NCBI GenBank assembly: GCA_030704615.1
Contig: CM060731.1
Coordinates: forward strand, 48,236,001-48,300,000
Source of the DNA: Takakia lepidozioides
Lineage: Eukaryota > Plantae > Bryophyta
DNA length: 64,000 nt
Direction: 5' to 3'
The position numbers and the translations under genes were made by a program. Below, piece after piece: positions 24,470 through 37,174 of the stretch. The number at the start of each line of letters is the position of its first letter. Position 1 is the stretch's first letter. The notes below the pieces were generated by a model. That model worked only from the letters and a program-made list of their open reading frames with translations, was not told the DNA's origin and made no database searches.

Positions 24470-24772
24470 CCTAACCTCATCCATTTTAAAGTCATCCCCC
24501 AAATTCATCCATGGATGCCAAACATGCCATGGAGCATGCAGGATGGGGCCTCGCATGGAGCATGGAGGAGCTCATAGAGCATGGTAGGGTGCGCATGCAT
24601 GGTGAGGAGTATGGTGAGCAAGGGGGATGACGAGGGAAATGGTAGGGCCGGGGATGGGGCTGGCTCTTGGCATTAATGGCAGAATCCCATTAATGACACA
24701 CACTAATGTGCCCTGCCTCATAGGGACAAGGGCGCTCCAGAAGCTAATCCTAGATTATGAATAACCCGGGGC
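24470..24772 (-). repeat. MULE right TIR
   Basis: Inverted match to 17096-17255. Confidence 0.9.
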
Positions 24773-25942
24773 CTGGGCAGCTCTTTACGAGTAAGAGAGG
24801 TGTGGCAGGCGTGCACAACCTCCGCAGATGCTAACTGCAACGCTGCCCAGTATTTGCTAAATATAAGCTTGTAGAGAGAGACTTTGTGGAGACATGCAAG
24901 TCGATGGAGAAAATGTGGTCAAAGTACCTTACACCGTGTCGAGGCACTGATTGGTGTGTTGTGCTCAGTCATGCTCCCTAGTCTTACCTTCCTCTTAGGC
25001 CGATACCACATTAGCGGCAAGAGGCCCAACAACACTCAATTTCGGACCATCCTATTGGTTTGTCACATTACCGTGAAATACGGATTTCCAAGCAGTGTCC
25101 CTTGGAAATCCATAATTTTAGGAAGACATTTTCTCCCGCCATCGCGAAGCTGGTCTTTCCAAGCCCGTCATGCGATGGTCTCTCATACCGATTTTTTTGC
25201 CGCTGGGCTTCTGATAGAGTGTGGTAGCCGATCATTGCCGCTTGGTGACATGGACCTATATCATCCAGCAATTCCTAGCCTGCAACGTCCACGTCAGTGT
25301 CGTTGGTGTGCCGCTAGTGTGGTATGGCCCTTATGCTGTGCCAAAGCAAAACAAGAGAGCCAATTGCCGTTCGAGGCTTGTTTATATTATTTTTTTATTT
25401 TTTTAAAGCTTACAGTTGGCACTATATTATTTTGCACAATTTATGTGGGCTAACTTATGTATGAAGAAATCGCACTCGGACGGGAGGTAGTGTGGGCTTG
25501 TAGAGTGAAGGGAAGGGGATGGGGAGAACAGGTGGGCCAGCAGAGTGGTGGGAAGAACCAATTGAATAGCAGCAAGAGGGAACACAGTCTATGCCTGCCA
25601 TGGGCCACTATTGGGATATTCACTTAATTATAATATCCGTCAGTTCTCTATAGTAGTATGATTTTTTATTTGTGGAGGGGTATCAATAGGACGGGTATCC
25701 CAACCGTAATATCAGACAGTTATAAACCCGGATATAAATAATTAAAATAACCACCAAATCATTAATATGCCTTTAATGTAGAAGCATACTAAGAGCATAC
25801 TTGATTTCATAAAATAAATATTTTGTTGCAAAATTCAGACTTTGTATTATATAATTGCGGATTTTAGTACGCAAAGTGAAGCGAGCTTTGTTAAGAGAAA
25901 ACTGATTGCAAGCCTCATTGTCAAACATGCTAGCATCGACAA

Positions 25943-26100
25943 CCAAGTTGTAGCCCAGTGGTAATGGGCACATACCACCTCGGAAGTGGTAGTGGGTTCA
26001 ATCCACTGATTAGTGTCACAGAGGTGTCCATTGTCCTAATGGAAGGCAGTAACCTCTCGGGGTGAAGAGACACCATAATTTACGCTACCTTCATGAGGCG
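25943..26100 (+). mobile_element. tRNA-derived SINE-like element (degenerate)
   Basis: A box tagcccagtgg (25951), B box ggttcaatcc (25995); body 26041-26086 resembles the insertion at 58317-58402. Confidence 0.55.
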
Positions 26101-26295
26101 TCAAGTATTAAACAGCCAGCATCTGCAAGAAGGCCGTCCTCCTCTTCATCAATCGTATTGTCTTCTGACAATAAGAAATCCTTGATCTGATCCCTTGCTC
26201 AACCACCTTGCAATCCGTCCGCATATCATCCGGCTCATTGTTTAAAATTAGCACTAATTTGTTGAGGTTGTCAATTAAAGTCTAACAAAAAAAAA

Positions 26296-26715
26296 CTGCA
26301 AAATTGGTGGTGGTTTTTGTTGAAATTTTAAAGAATTTAGCGACCGCCAATCAGGCTGTCACTTTATATATTTTTCAAATGAAAATAAAGCGACTGCCAA
26401 AATGGCGGTTGCGGTTTAAAATTGAAGTAAACAAAACGACCGCAAAATTGACGGTCGCTTCATATTTAGTAATAAAAACATAAACGCTACCGCAAATATT
26501 GGCGGCCGATTCATTTTTAAGAACAAAAAAATTCAAGTGACCGCTATATTGGCGGTCACTTTCTGTTTAGAAATAAAACAATTAAAATGACTGCCAGTAT
26601 TGTGGTCGGTAATATTTTAAAAATAATAATAAAATAAAATAAAATAAAAGCAACCACAATATTTTCAGTCGCTTCATATTTAAAAATAAAAAATTGGCTG
26701 TTGCACTTCATTTTA
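26296..26715. repeat. Array of palindromic GCGACCGCCAA-TTGGCGGTCGC motifs with A/T spacers
   Basis: About 9 degenerate copies. Confidence 0.75.
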
Positions 26716-26864
26716 TTTTTTTCATTAGTTATCTGCCACCGCCACCGTGTCGACAACGTGACTGCTTAAGTGACATTTTTTTAAACCTAGAATTGTTTTT
26801 ACTGTATACTGCCTAAACCTAACGTGACGTAGGTCAGACGCGATTTGACGCTGATAACCGGGCC

Positions 26865-27042
26865 ACACACAGATACTTGTGTGAAGGGATTTATAGAGGA
26901 TATCCGAAAAACTTGGGTAAGACTTACTACCGGCGTCAGCCCCTAACAAATGTAGGTTCTGTCCCTTTGTGTTCCGCTCAAATTGGGCGCGAGGTCGACA
27001 CAAGGCTACGGCAAACAATGTCTTATGAGTACATTCTCTCTC
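26865..27042 (+). mobile_element. 3' fragment of RTEX-like LINE ending in (TC)n
   Basis: Matches ~49810-50012 with internal gaps; ends ttatgagtacattctctctc. Confidence 0.85.
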
Positions 27043-27855
27043 ACACATTTTGTTGAGGGCAGATTGAAGACAAGGGACAGACCCCAAGGGCAATTTCAAG
27101 GGCATTTTTAGGACCCTAGTGGGCAATCCCTACAACTGCCATCGGTGGTTGTTGTATCATTTGGGGCATGTTGTACCACCAACATTTGCAAGAACAATAT
27201 CTCCCTCTCCCTTTTCCATGGGATGACGTGGATATAACTGAATCATTTTTTGTTGTTGTTGTTGTTGGTATCCATGATCTATCATGCATGAGCCTACCCC
27301 ATCATTCTCTCATTCCCTTATGACATCATTTATTTTTGTACAACCGAATGGGTATTCTGGTCGGCAACAGTGACTGGGAATTCGCAATAGATAGAGGACA
27401 ACATCCGCTTTGTCTACATTTTACTTCTACACATTCTACACATTCTACTTGTCTTCCACAAACAGAAAAATATAATAACAAATCTTAACCTGTTGTTATT
27501 AATATTGTTGTTGTCAGCCATCACTCATGTCGTCTTCTTGCTCATAGACACATCCATGCAAGGATGTTGTTGTAGCCCTTCAAAACTTCACCACAATGTC
27601 GTGTAATGTTTGGCATGAGGATGCCAAACCCCAAAACAACTATTGACAAATTTCTTAGCCAATTAGACTGATTTTTAAATTCATGGCGGAGAGCCTACCT
27701 TAGTGAACAGAGCTATACCTTAGTAGCCTAGTACTACGGTAGCCTACTATACACATGGTATAGATATGAGGGGTGAAGGCATGTCCAGCCTCAAGGGCCC
27801 GCCACTATTTTTCATTTTTTAGCATATGTTGGTAGGGCTTTTTAAATAAAACATT

Positions 27856-28527
27856 AAGCGATCGCAAGGTAAAATTTTAATCAGGGACCGTCAAAGTGGT
27901 AGTCGCTTAATTTTTTAAATTAAAAAACCACAACCACCATCAATTAGGCGGTCATTTTATTTGTTTTTTTAAAAATTAGGAATAAGAAAATGAGGCAACC
28001 GCCAATATGGCGGTTTCGTCTCATTTTTGAATTTAAAAAAAAATGACCGCCAATTCTGTGTTCACTTAATTATTTTATAAACAAAAACAGCGACTGCCAG
28101 ATTGGTGGTCGCTTAACTTTCTAAAATTATAATAAAAAACAACGATTGCGAATTTGGCGGTCGCTTCAATTTTTAAAATTAAAAAAAAACAGTGATTGCC
28201 AATTTGGCTGTCGCTTCAATTTAAATAAATAAATATATACGGTCGCCATCTTGGCAGTCGCTTGATTTTTTAAAATAAAAAAAAACAGCGACCTCCAATT
28301 TGGCGGTCGTTTTATTTTTATTTCCTAAGAAAATGAAATGACTGCCAATATTGTCCACGTCTGTTTTACACCGGGGCTGCCAGGTCATATACATGATAGA
28401 AGTAGATCGTAAAAGTTAAAAGTTAAGAAAATACATGACTTAACGTCCGGATTGGACGTGACGTGACGCACGTCTAGACGTGACGCAGACGTGTCACCGT
28501 TACGTCACGTCCGGAATGACAACTATG
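27856..28527. mobile_element. Second palindromic-motif array plus ACGTGACG subterminal motifs and a hAT-like terminus
   Basis: About 11 palindromes at 27856-28352; acgtgacg cluster 28440-28512; ends tgacaactatg (CATAGTTGTCA on minus strand). Confidence 0.5.
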
Positions 28528-28539
28528 GTTTGTGGTTTG

Positions 28540-28745
28540 CCCAATAACTAGGCCCTTCATAAGGGTCTGGGCTTTTGCCTCAGCCTCTAGACTTTCAAAG
28601 TTGGTACACAAATGTACAAGCACAATTCCATTCCATTGATAGAATTGAGGAGACTGCCTCTCTGGTGAGAAAACAGATTTATCCAGCAGGTCAACACTTG
28701 TGGATAAAGATTCAGATCCTTGAGAATGTTTTGAATTCGTGTTGA
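28540..28745 (-). mobile_element. Degenerate RTEX-like LINE fragments
   Basis: Reverse similarity to ~49325-49385 and ~49680-49810. Confidence 0.65.
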
Positions 28746-28789
28746 GAAAAAATGTATATTGACTATGATCGTCATCAAATTTATATTGT

Positions 28790-31500
28790 TCATATCGGAA
28801 GACCGTTACTAATGGTTTGTTTTTTATGAATCATGAGGCGGTGACTTTATTACTCTCCGATGGCCCACCCAATTGTTCAAGACGCAAACAAAAATGCGAA
28901 TTTACAAGGTATGTTGTAATTTATTATACACATACAGATATATTATTTGTTTTCATTATATTTAGTTTGTTTTGCGCTACTTCTATTAAAATGTTTGCTT
29001 ATGTTTCTGTTATGATTATGTTGTACATTGATATGCAGTTATGGCTACAATAAGATAAACAAAACAGTAACGCTTCCTAGAGTATGGCTATCCGAAGCAA
29101 GGTCAGCTTTATGTTCGGATGTTGTTTATCTGTTGAAGGACATGGTACCATTGTACAACCTTTACTTCGTTCTAACGAGTGTTTACCTTTTTATTCCACA
29201 ATTGAAAGAACACTTGAAGACTTTGAAAAACCAGCATGAAAAAATGTCCAAGTGTTTAAAAGAAGTAGAGAATTGACTCTATTGGTCGGACATTCTTTTA
29301 AGGTTATACAACCTAATCCAAGAACTACATATCTTGATCAGTCAAGAATTGGTAAGTCTTCTGTTTTAGTAAAAATAAGTGGCACATTGCTCCACTTGAT
29401 ATGTAGATATTTAGATTTCAGTTTTATCTTGATTCTGCTGTTGATCATATATATGTTAGGGTTGATTTAACAATCATAAATCAAATCGTTATGGGCGCAA
29501 GTGATAGCCACTTTGCTCCGAAAATGGAAATTTTGGATGGAGAATACACTTACACATGATATGCATACAACTGTAATATATTGAAATAAATGGTTTTTCA
29601 TTTATTGGTTTGTTTGAATCTACCACTTAGTTTTTTTGTTTTGTTATGCACTGATATATGCTCAGCCTCTTTCGTAGACTTTCATTTTTTCATTTTTTAT
29701 TTTTTAAAAGAAAGAAGACGGAGGCATTTTTAATCAAATTAAATGAAACAAATGTTTAAAAGCAGTGGAAAAAAATAACCATTGAGGGAGGCCGTGAAAG
29801 CTAACTGCGGGGGAACATCCCCGTGACCCTAGCAAACTTGCTACTGCCGAGAGAAAGAGCTGGAAAAACAGAGTGAAGAAAGGAGGGGACTATCGAGCTG
29901 CGAGCAGCAGGGGGATGGGTAAAATCGAATTTAGAGCTAGGAGGGTGTTGTAGGGATTTGACGAGATAATGAGGAGAGTGAACCCAAATCTACCAAAGAG
30001 CAACAGAGAGAAAGCTAAAGCTTAACTAGAAAATGAGAGTGTAGTTAAGCATCAGGCTGCAGCTGTCCAGATTGTGATTGAACGACGATCACGGTGGGAC
30101 CAAGAAGCTGCAATGAAGTAAGATCTGTGAAGAAATAGAGCTGTGAAGAAGGCTTTGGAATGAGTCCGAGAGATCTGAGGTATCAAAATTTGAACTGCGT
30201 TCCAAACTTGTTGTCGCGGGTTTTTTTATGGCGCCAATTGAATTCCGTTGCCTCATGATTGCTTGAAATCTTGAAGCAGCTGCCTCCCCCGCTATTCTAA
30301 AGTTCTGGGAAGAGCTGCACACACCACATCCCAAGCTTTCCTTCCCTCAGTTAGCTTCCATTTTCAATGTCATAAATAACTAGATAAAGTAGTATGTTTG
30401 ATATGTTATTTGGAATTAAAAGATCAAAATAAGATGCATTGTGAATGGTCAATTGATGATGGTGGGGTCTTAAAGCATAATTGTAGTATAAACATCAACA
30501 AACATGCAGTAATGGAAACATTTATGAACCTAACAAAGTATCATATACAAAATATCTTAAAAGACCATTATAAAAAAAAATTGTGTTATCATGAGACGTT
30601 TGCTTCTATGTGTCATATTTCGGATTGGTGTTTGAGTGAACAAATGTTATGTAATACCACATCTTCTATACTTTTCTGATGCGGTATGGACTATCACGAG
30701 TTCATCACCCCATGTTTAAGATTCTTTGAAGTTCTAGTCTTTAGTTATATTCCTAAAGTTGTTTATAGTAATTAGCTCATTTGCTTCATTATATGGATAC
30801 AAGTCTGTCTTTCAGGTTAACATCATGGTGCATACACCAACAACAATTGTTCCCTCCGAAACTGGAGCTTTATGACATATATTCCCTGCCAACAAACTTG
30901 ATACTTTGAACGACTTCTTGAATAAACACAAGAAAAAAATATTGGGTTATAGAAAGAACGATACTCCAGATCCATTTATCACTCTTCCAATGTTGTCTTT
31001 TAAAATCTATTTAAAAAAATCAATGTTGAAACTTTTGAAGGATGAAACAAGTACATTTTTTTTCTTATTCATGTGAAGTTGTTCAATTTTTGTACTATGA
31101 CATCGCATGGTTTTTCCATTTAGGGCCGGAACTCATCCCCAAACCTCTTAGAGTCCTGAAGACTCGATGGCAAAGTTTTTCCCTTCGAATGGACGCGATC
31201 TGATATGCGTACTTGGGAATAAGCCAGCACAATGTGAATTTCAACAACTTGCAAAATAGTATGCGAAGGAACCACCTCGAAAACATGCTTTGTACGAGCT
31301 TCAGGGATTTTTCTCAAGTTAATATTAAGATTTTTATGTTATAAATGAGGTTAGAGAAAGGAAGTTGTTGCCCACCAGAACTTGAAGAGATACTAGTTAA
31401 ATTGTTCTATGATTCTGACGATTGTCATTCGCCACACATGCCTCTTTGGTTTGTGGATGAAGTTTGTCATTTGTTAGGTAGCTGCGATGTTAATACGTGA
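28790..31500 (+). pseudogene. Unidentified degenerate multi-exon coding remnant
   Basis: Alternating coding-like blocks and AT-rich GT-AG intron-like segments; no domain recognised. Confidence 0.25.
29680..30360 (-). mobile_element. 5'-truncated L1 3' end related to the 3987-17063 LINE
   Basis: T-tract tail at ~29680-29706; translation TEGRKAWDVVCAALPR..RGRQLLQDF parallels TEARKAWNVLCAATSR..RRQQLYTGF of the large LINE. Confidence 0.7.
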
Positions 31501-33339
31501 TGTCTCGGACGAACATTCCTTGTTCTTTGTTTTGGCCTCTTAGTAGCTAAGGGAGACGTAGCTATCGGAGGAGTTGTGTCCATGCAACACGGCTGATTCG
31601 TAGTAGAAGTAACTACTCTAATAACTACTTTTTTGTAGTACAAGTAACTGCTCTAATCACTTGAATATCTCCAGTATCTTCATCTATGTGTTGAATGGTC
31701 TTAACATCTACCGGACAAGCGATGTGACGTTCCAAAGTGCGTTCAATTGTAAAAGCCCTTGTGCGCATCAGCCCTCCAAGTGTAGGAGGACGTCTTGGAT
31801 ATCTTGCTGAAGGATATCTTCCGAGAAGATTGAGTGATATGGAAGGCCGAAGTGTATTAACTGTAGATATTCTTGGATGGATCATCTATCCAGACTCAAC
31901 AATCATGCGGCAGACGGATCTTTGCTGCTTTAAAATCCTGCTATTTATGCATTAATGTATTTGAAACGTGAGATTATCATTCAATGAAGTGTAAAAATAT
32001 TATTATATTTTATATGTAATACTAAAATAGTGACAACGATAACACAATCAAAGAAAGAAATAACTCTATAATATTATTATAAATATGTCATTTTAAAAAC
32101 ATTCTTGTAGTATAATTAATAAGCAAACATAATATTATAAATATGCAATAAATGTAAGTAAAAAATCAGCTACCAAAATAAACAGCAAATAACAAATGTA
32201 TTATACAACTGCATATAATTATTTTCAAAAGAATAAGTATATTATCAATAGTGTGAATAGGCTATTAATGTATTGATTACAATAGTAATAGAATAATTAT
32301 TAAACCTTTTTAATCAATTAAATAGCTGCATAACACTAGTATAAATATGCCATTTCAAAATGTGACTGTTGTACGATTAGCTTATAAATATGATATTATA
32401 CATGCATTGAAAATAGTTAACAAAGATTAAGAATAATTCAATTATAAGAATAAGCAGTAAATATTGTTTATATTATTATAACGGCACAAATGTCTTAGGG
32501 AGATATGACTAAATAGCTGAAAAAATTGTAAAGATATGTCATTTTTGAAACCAATAGAATACCAAAAAAATAACAATGTTAACTAGATATAGATGTATAA
32601 ATTAATCAATTTATGAATAAAAATAAATAGTTGTAAACAACTATTAAACTTTTTCAGATAAATATAAGTAATTATAAAATTATGGTTCTGTTAAAAAAAG
32701 AAGTTATACTGTCATTATGAGCGAAAACATTAACCAACAACTATGCAACAGAAACATAAATAAAAAGTTACTTTTGGAATGGAATGTTTTAGTGATCAAG
32801 TATAACATTAAGTAATAAGTTATAGCATGATTATAGAAAATACTACACAAATGTGCTAGAAAACTGTAGATAATAAAGTAATATTTATAATGGCAAGTTT
32901 CAACAAATTCAAAAAAATCAACGTAATTAATATCTTCAGAAATCAACAAAATCAACATCTTCAAAATACCTGAACATAAGTAAACCTTGAATGATTATAA
33001 GTATATTAATGATATCATTTATCATTATTAATAATATGTTGAAACTTGAAACCCGTTTTTTTTAAACACTCCCTTTATGAATCCGTAACCAGTACTTTTA
33101 AGTTTATGTTTGTAACGCATTAGGTGTAATTTGTCTATATATACTGAACAAAAATCACAAATTTTATCTCAAAACATTATTAAAACGTCAAAATCTTATC
33201 ACAAAAATGTTCTTAAATAACCAAATTGTAGTAGTGATGTGTAGATGTTCAGCTGGAAGCAGCAGCAGCAGCAGCAGCGCCACAATTGATAAAATAAGGC
33301 ACCTCATGAACAAAACTTTGAAAGACAACCAAGAAAGTC

Positions 33340-33545
33340 CACAATACCTCTGGGCTGCATGTATCCTCTGTGATGCAGGGCAACAAAACAGGCTCTACAC
33401 TCTACACACTGTAACCCAAGGAGGCATTTTGGCAGATTCAAATACTTATGTCTGTCTTGCATACGTGCATCAAGATGAAAGGCCTGGAAGCTGGAAAGCC
33501 CGATCACTCTCACATAATCCTAAGTGGATTCAAGTCTACAGAAAA
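33340..33545 (+). pseudogene. PPR N-terminal remnant
   Basis: ggcattttggcagattcaaatacttatgtctgtcttg..cacataatcctaagtggattcaag matches 34781-34895. Confidence 0.6.
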
Positions 33546-33554
33546 TGAATATTG

Positions 33555-33965
33555 AATCAGCAAATGCATATTGTATTCAGGTGGCCCACACAACGGGCAA
33601 TTGCACTCTCCCTTTCATCTATGCTTCTGTTTGTTGCCCAAAGGGCCTGGGCATTTTGCTCAGCCCCGAGACTTTTCAAATTAGTCGGTAAACATAGCTA
33701 CAGCCAAAATTCCCTTGACAGATTTTAAGAGAGCCTCTCTGGTGAGAGGACCTTGGACAGTGAATCAGATAATGAATATTGTCTTCAGGTTGCCCACACA
33801 ACAGGGCAATTGCACTCTCCCTTTCCTCTATGCTTCTGTTTGCTGCCCAAAGGGGCTGGGCATTTGGCTCAGCCTCGAGACTTTTCAAAGTTGGTAAACA
33901 GACCTACAAGCACAATTCCCTTGACAGATTTGAAGAGAGCTTCTCTCTTGTGAGAGAACCCTGGA
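33555..33965 (-). mobile_element. Tandem rearranged fragments of the RTEX-like LINE 3' region
   Basis: Two ~200-bp units similar to the reverse of 49590-49785. Confidence 0.65.
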
Positions 33966-34568
33966 TCTGCATCCTCCATGCTACTGCATTAGGCTTACAT
34001 GGTAACAAGGGTGTTGTCCCAAATTAATGTATGACCTTATTCCATCTGATTTATCCATAAATTTTTGGATGGGTCTAGGTGGGTAGTAATTCTGACACTA
34101 GCCCTAGAAAAGGGGAAAGAGGTTCATGTGATATCATCAAAGCTAGAATTGTATCAGATGCCATTCAGCCCCGGTGGATATGTATACCGAAGATGCAAAA
34201 GAACTGTTCGACAATACTGCTGAACAAGATGTGGTGTCATGAAGTGCGATATAGTATACGCACAGCCGAGGCGCGGGATGGAGACTTTGGAGACCTATCA
34301 ACAAATGATGCGGAAAAAGTTGAAGCTGCCTGACCACATTACATGTTTGCGTTTGAAAGGTGTATAGGGGGTGATCATGCGGCCCTTTTTTTACCATGCG
34401 ACATCCTGCCAGGAGCTGGACAGAGTGGAGCCGTTGTGTCTTGCTGATCCAGAAGCTACTTGAGCCGGGTCTGGTCTGCCCTTTTGCTTCGCATAGGTAC
34501 GCCTTCCTTGTTTAGTAATGACTGTTGAATAGCCTTGTTACGCTGTGTGGGTTGATCTGGCTATATCG

Positions 34569-36302
34569 ATGTGGTTCTTGTGCCTGAGGGGCCTTAAAAT
34601 ATGTTGTTCCAGATCTGTTCAGAGTGTCCCTATGTGGGGAGAGCGTCGCCATCATTCCTTTTCCCAGCGGCCAGTGTGGGGTTGGGCTATGGTGGAGAAC
34701 ACCTCTGGCACTTGTGAGGATGTGAGGAAACTATGCAGGGCAGGGCAACTGAAAGATGCATTGCACATTCTGAACAAACACGGCATCTGGGCAGATTCCA
34801 GTACTTATGTCTGTCTCTTGCGGGAGTGCATGAAAATCAGGAACCTTGCAATGGGAAAGCAGGTGCACAACCACATCATCCAAAGTGGATTCAAGCCATA
34901 CGCATTTCTATTCAACACCCTTGTTAACATGTATGCCAGCTGTGGGAGTATGGTAGATGCACGGCAAGTGTTTGAAACAATGCCTGACCGCAACATCTTT
35001 GTGTGGAATATCATGATAGCAGGTTATGCCAAGCATGGGGGTGGCAGGGATGCCCTCAAGGTTTATCAGCAGATGATACGGGGAGGGGTGAAACCAGACA
35101 ATGTCACATTCACTTGCATTCTCAGGGCATGTGCAAGTCTGTCAGCACTGGAAAAGGGCAAAGAGGTCCATGCTGACATCATCAAAGCGGCAATTGTACC
35201 AGATGTCATTCTGGAGACTGCCCTTGCTGCCATGTATGCCAAATGTGGAGCCATGAAGGATGCACGTCAAGTGTTTGACATTATGGCTCACAGGAATGTT
35301 GTCTCGTGGAGTGCGATTATTGCAGGATATACTCAGCATGGGTGTGGTATGGAGGCTCTCAAGATCTATGAGCAAATGATACAGGCAGAGGTGAAGCCTA
35401 ACAAGGTCACATTCATTTGCGTTCTCAATGCTTGTGCCAGCTTGGCAGCACTGGAAAAGGGCAGAGAGGTACATGCCGACATCATCAAAGCTGGAATTGC
35501 CCCAGATATCATTCTGGAAACTGCCCTTGTCAACATGTATGTGAAATGTGGGAACATGAAGGTTGCACATCGAGTGTTCGACAATATGGCTAAGCGAGAT
35601 GTGGTGTCATGGAGTGCCTTGATTGCAGGATACGCTCAGCATGGGTGTGTTAGGGAGGCTTTTGAGATCTACGAACAAATGATGTGGGAAGGGGTGAGGC
35701 CTGACAAGGTCACATTCATTTGCATTCTCAATGTGTGTGCCAGCCTGGAAGCCCTGGAAAAGGGCAAATTGGTCCATGCTGACATCGTAAAAGTTGGAAT
35801 TCTGCAAGATACCATTCTGGAGACTGCCCTTGTCGACATGTATGGCAAATGTGGGAACATGAAGGATGCGCGTCAAGTGTTCGACAATATGGCTAAGCGA
35901 GATGTGGTTTCATGGAGTGCTATGATCACAGGATATGGTCAGCATGGGTGTGGGAGGGAGTCCCTGCAACTATTTGAAAAAATGCAACAGGAAGGCTTAA
36001 AGCCGGACAGCACCACCCTTACATGTGTTCTTTCTGCATGTAGCCATGTGGGCCTTGTTGATGAAGGCCGACACTACTTTGATTCCATGATTGGAGATCA
36101 TGGCCTCAGTCCGACGGCAGAACATTTTGGATGCATGGTGGACCTTCTTGGCCGTGCAGGGCAATTGGATGAGGCAGAGGACTTCATCAACAAAATGCCA
36201 ATCACACCAGGTGTTGAGGTGTGGGGGGCCTTGCTCAGCGCCTGCAGAAATCATGACAATGTGGAGATAGCAGAACGCGCGGTAAAATGCCTTCTCAAAT
36301 GA
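34569..36302 (+). CDS. PLS-class pentatricopeptide repeat protein ending after E1 (no E2/DYW); start could be ATG 34569, 34632 or 34689
   Basis: Intronless ORF with four ~101-aa P-L-S triplets, P2-L2-S2 (LSACSHVGLVDEG, HFGCMVDLLGRAG) and E1 (VWGALLSACRNH). Confidence 0.9.
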   Translation: MWFLCLRGLKICCSRSVQSVPMWGERRHHSFSQRPVWGWAMVENTSGTCEDVRKLCRAGQLKDALHILNKHGIWADSSTYVCLLRECMKIRNLAMGKQVHNHIIQSGFKPYAFLFNTLVNMYASCGSMVDARQVFETMPDRNIFVWNIMIAGYAKHGGGRDALKVYQQMIRGGVKPDNVTFTCILRACASLSALEKGKEVHADIIKAAIVPDVILETALAAMYAKCGAMKDARQVFDIMAHRNVVSWSAIIAGYTQHGCGMEALKIYEQMIQAEVKPNKVTFICVLNACASLAALEKGREVHADIIKAGIAPDIILETALVNMYVKCGNMKVAHRVFDNMAKRDVVSWSALIAGYAQHGCVREAFEIYEQMMWEGVRPDKVTFICILNVCASLEALEKGKLVHADIVKVGILQDTILETALVDMYGKCGNMKDARQVFDNMAKRDVVSWSAMITGYGQHGCGRESLQLFEKMQQEGLKPDSTTLTCVLSACSHVGLVDEGRHYFDSMIGDHGLSPTAEHFGCMVDLLGRAGQLDEAEDFINKMPITPGVEVWGALLSACRNHDNVEIAERAVKCLLK

Positions 36303-36309
36303 GATCCAC

Positions 36310-36600
36310 AGTACACAGGCCAAGAGGTCCAACTCTACTGGCACTGTGAACTGCCCAATTGAATGTGGGAAGCTCTTCATACTTGTCCACTGAGAAAGGC
36401 TTGTCCCCGATAGCCTCTGGCAGACTGCCAAACCTATCCACACCCCGAGAGGTTGCAGTCTTCCAGCTCCATCAGCTAGCCAACAGACTGGGGTAGTCTC
36501 ATCATACTGTGGCAAGTTATCTATGGATACCCCCCCACAAGGGCAGATTCTTCCAGCTGATTAAAGTGCACAGGGACAGCATTTGATAATGACCACTGCA
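36310..36600 (-). pseudogene. NLR-type leucine-rich repeat remnant
   Basis: MMRLPQSVG*LMELEDCNLSGC, SLPEAIGD, SMKSFPHSIGQFTVPVELDLLAC fit LxxLPxSIGxLxxLxxLxLxxC. Confidence 0.6.
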
Positions 36601-37174
36601 GTTGATGCAAAGACATTGTCTAAGATCCTGGTGTAGAAAAAGCCTTCATGAGGACCTTTCATTTCTTATGCTGTGAGCAGAGAGCAGCTCTCTCATCCAG
36701 ACTTGGTTAAATTAAGATGCCATACAGTAGGCATCTCATAGGCTTTTCCACCCATCAGCATTGGCAATGAACCTTGCTTTCACAATAGATCCAACAGCTT
36801 TACATATGCCATGGCAAATGACTATGGTGCAACAGTGGCTGCAGGTTTGGGTTCGCTTTCGTAATCCGCTGCATGCTCCACAAGACATTGTGATGCAGAA
36901 CCAAGATACTTGACATGCTTTAGTCTCAATATCAAGCACAGGTGTTGAATCAGGGGACACACTCCATTGGCTTGTTCTTCCCTCATCATCACTCAATATG
37001 GCAAATGTGAAATAAACTCATGGGCAGGAAAGACAGTCATACCATGCACCTCAGTGTGCATCAACAAAGCTGGGTCCTCTGTAGGCAATGCTACTACTAT
37101 TCAAAGGTTCACACATTGTTCTTCAGAATTTCCACCTAAGGTTCACATAGCTAGGGTAGAATCAGTGTACATAC

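Larger units (their letters stand above)
17096..24772 (+). mobile_element. Mutator-like DNA transposon (MULE) with long TIRs and two convergent genes
   Basis: TIRs 17096-17255 and 24470-24772; 9-bp TSD ttgggcagc (17087-17095) / ctgggcagc (24773-24781), 8/9 match; MULE DDE + SWIM transposase. Confidence 0.92.

Noticed and set aside
24884-25453. 189-aa ORF
   Set aside because: Non-ATG start, no motifs
25943-26015. Functional tRNA gene
   Set aside because: A and B boxes present but no convincing acceptor or anticodon stems; continues into a repeated body
26296-28352. Second CRISPR-like palindrome array
   Set aside because: Spacers are low-complexity A/T tracts; consistent with transposon subterminal repeats
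34733-35876. Repeated short ORFs overlapping the PPR gene
   Set aside because: Shadow frames of the PPR repeats
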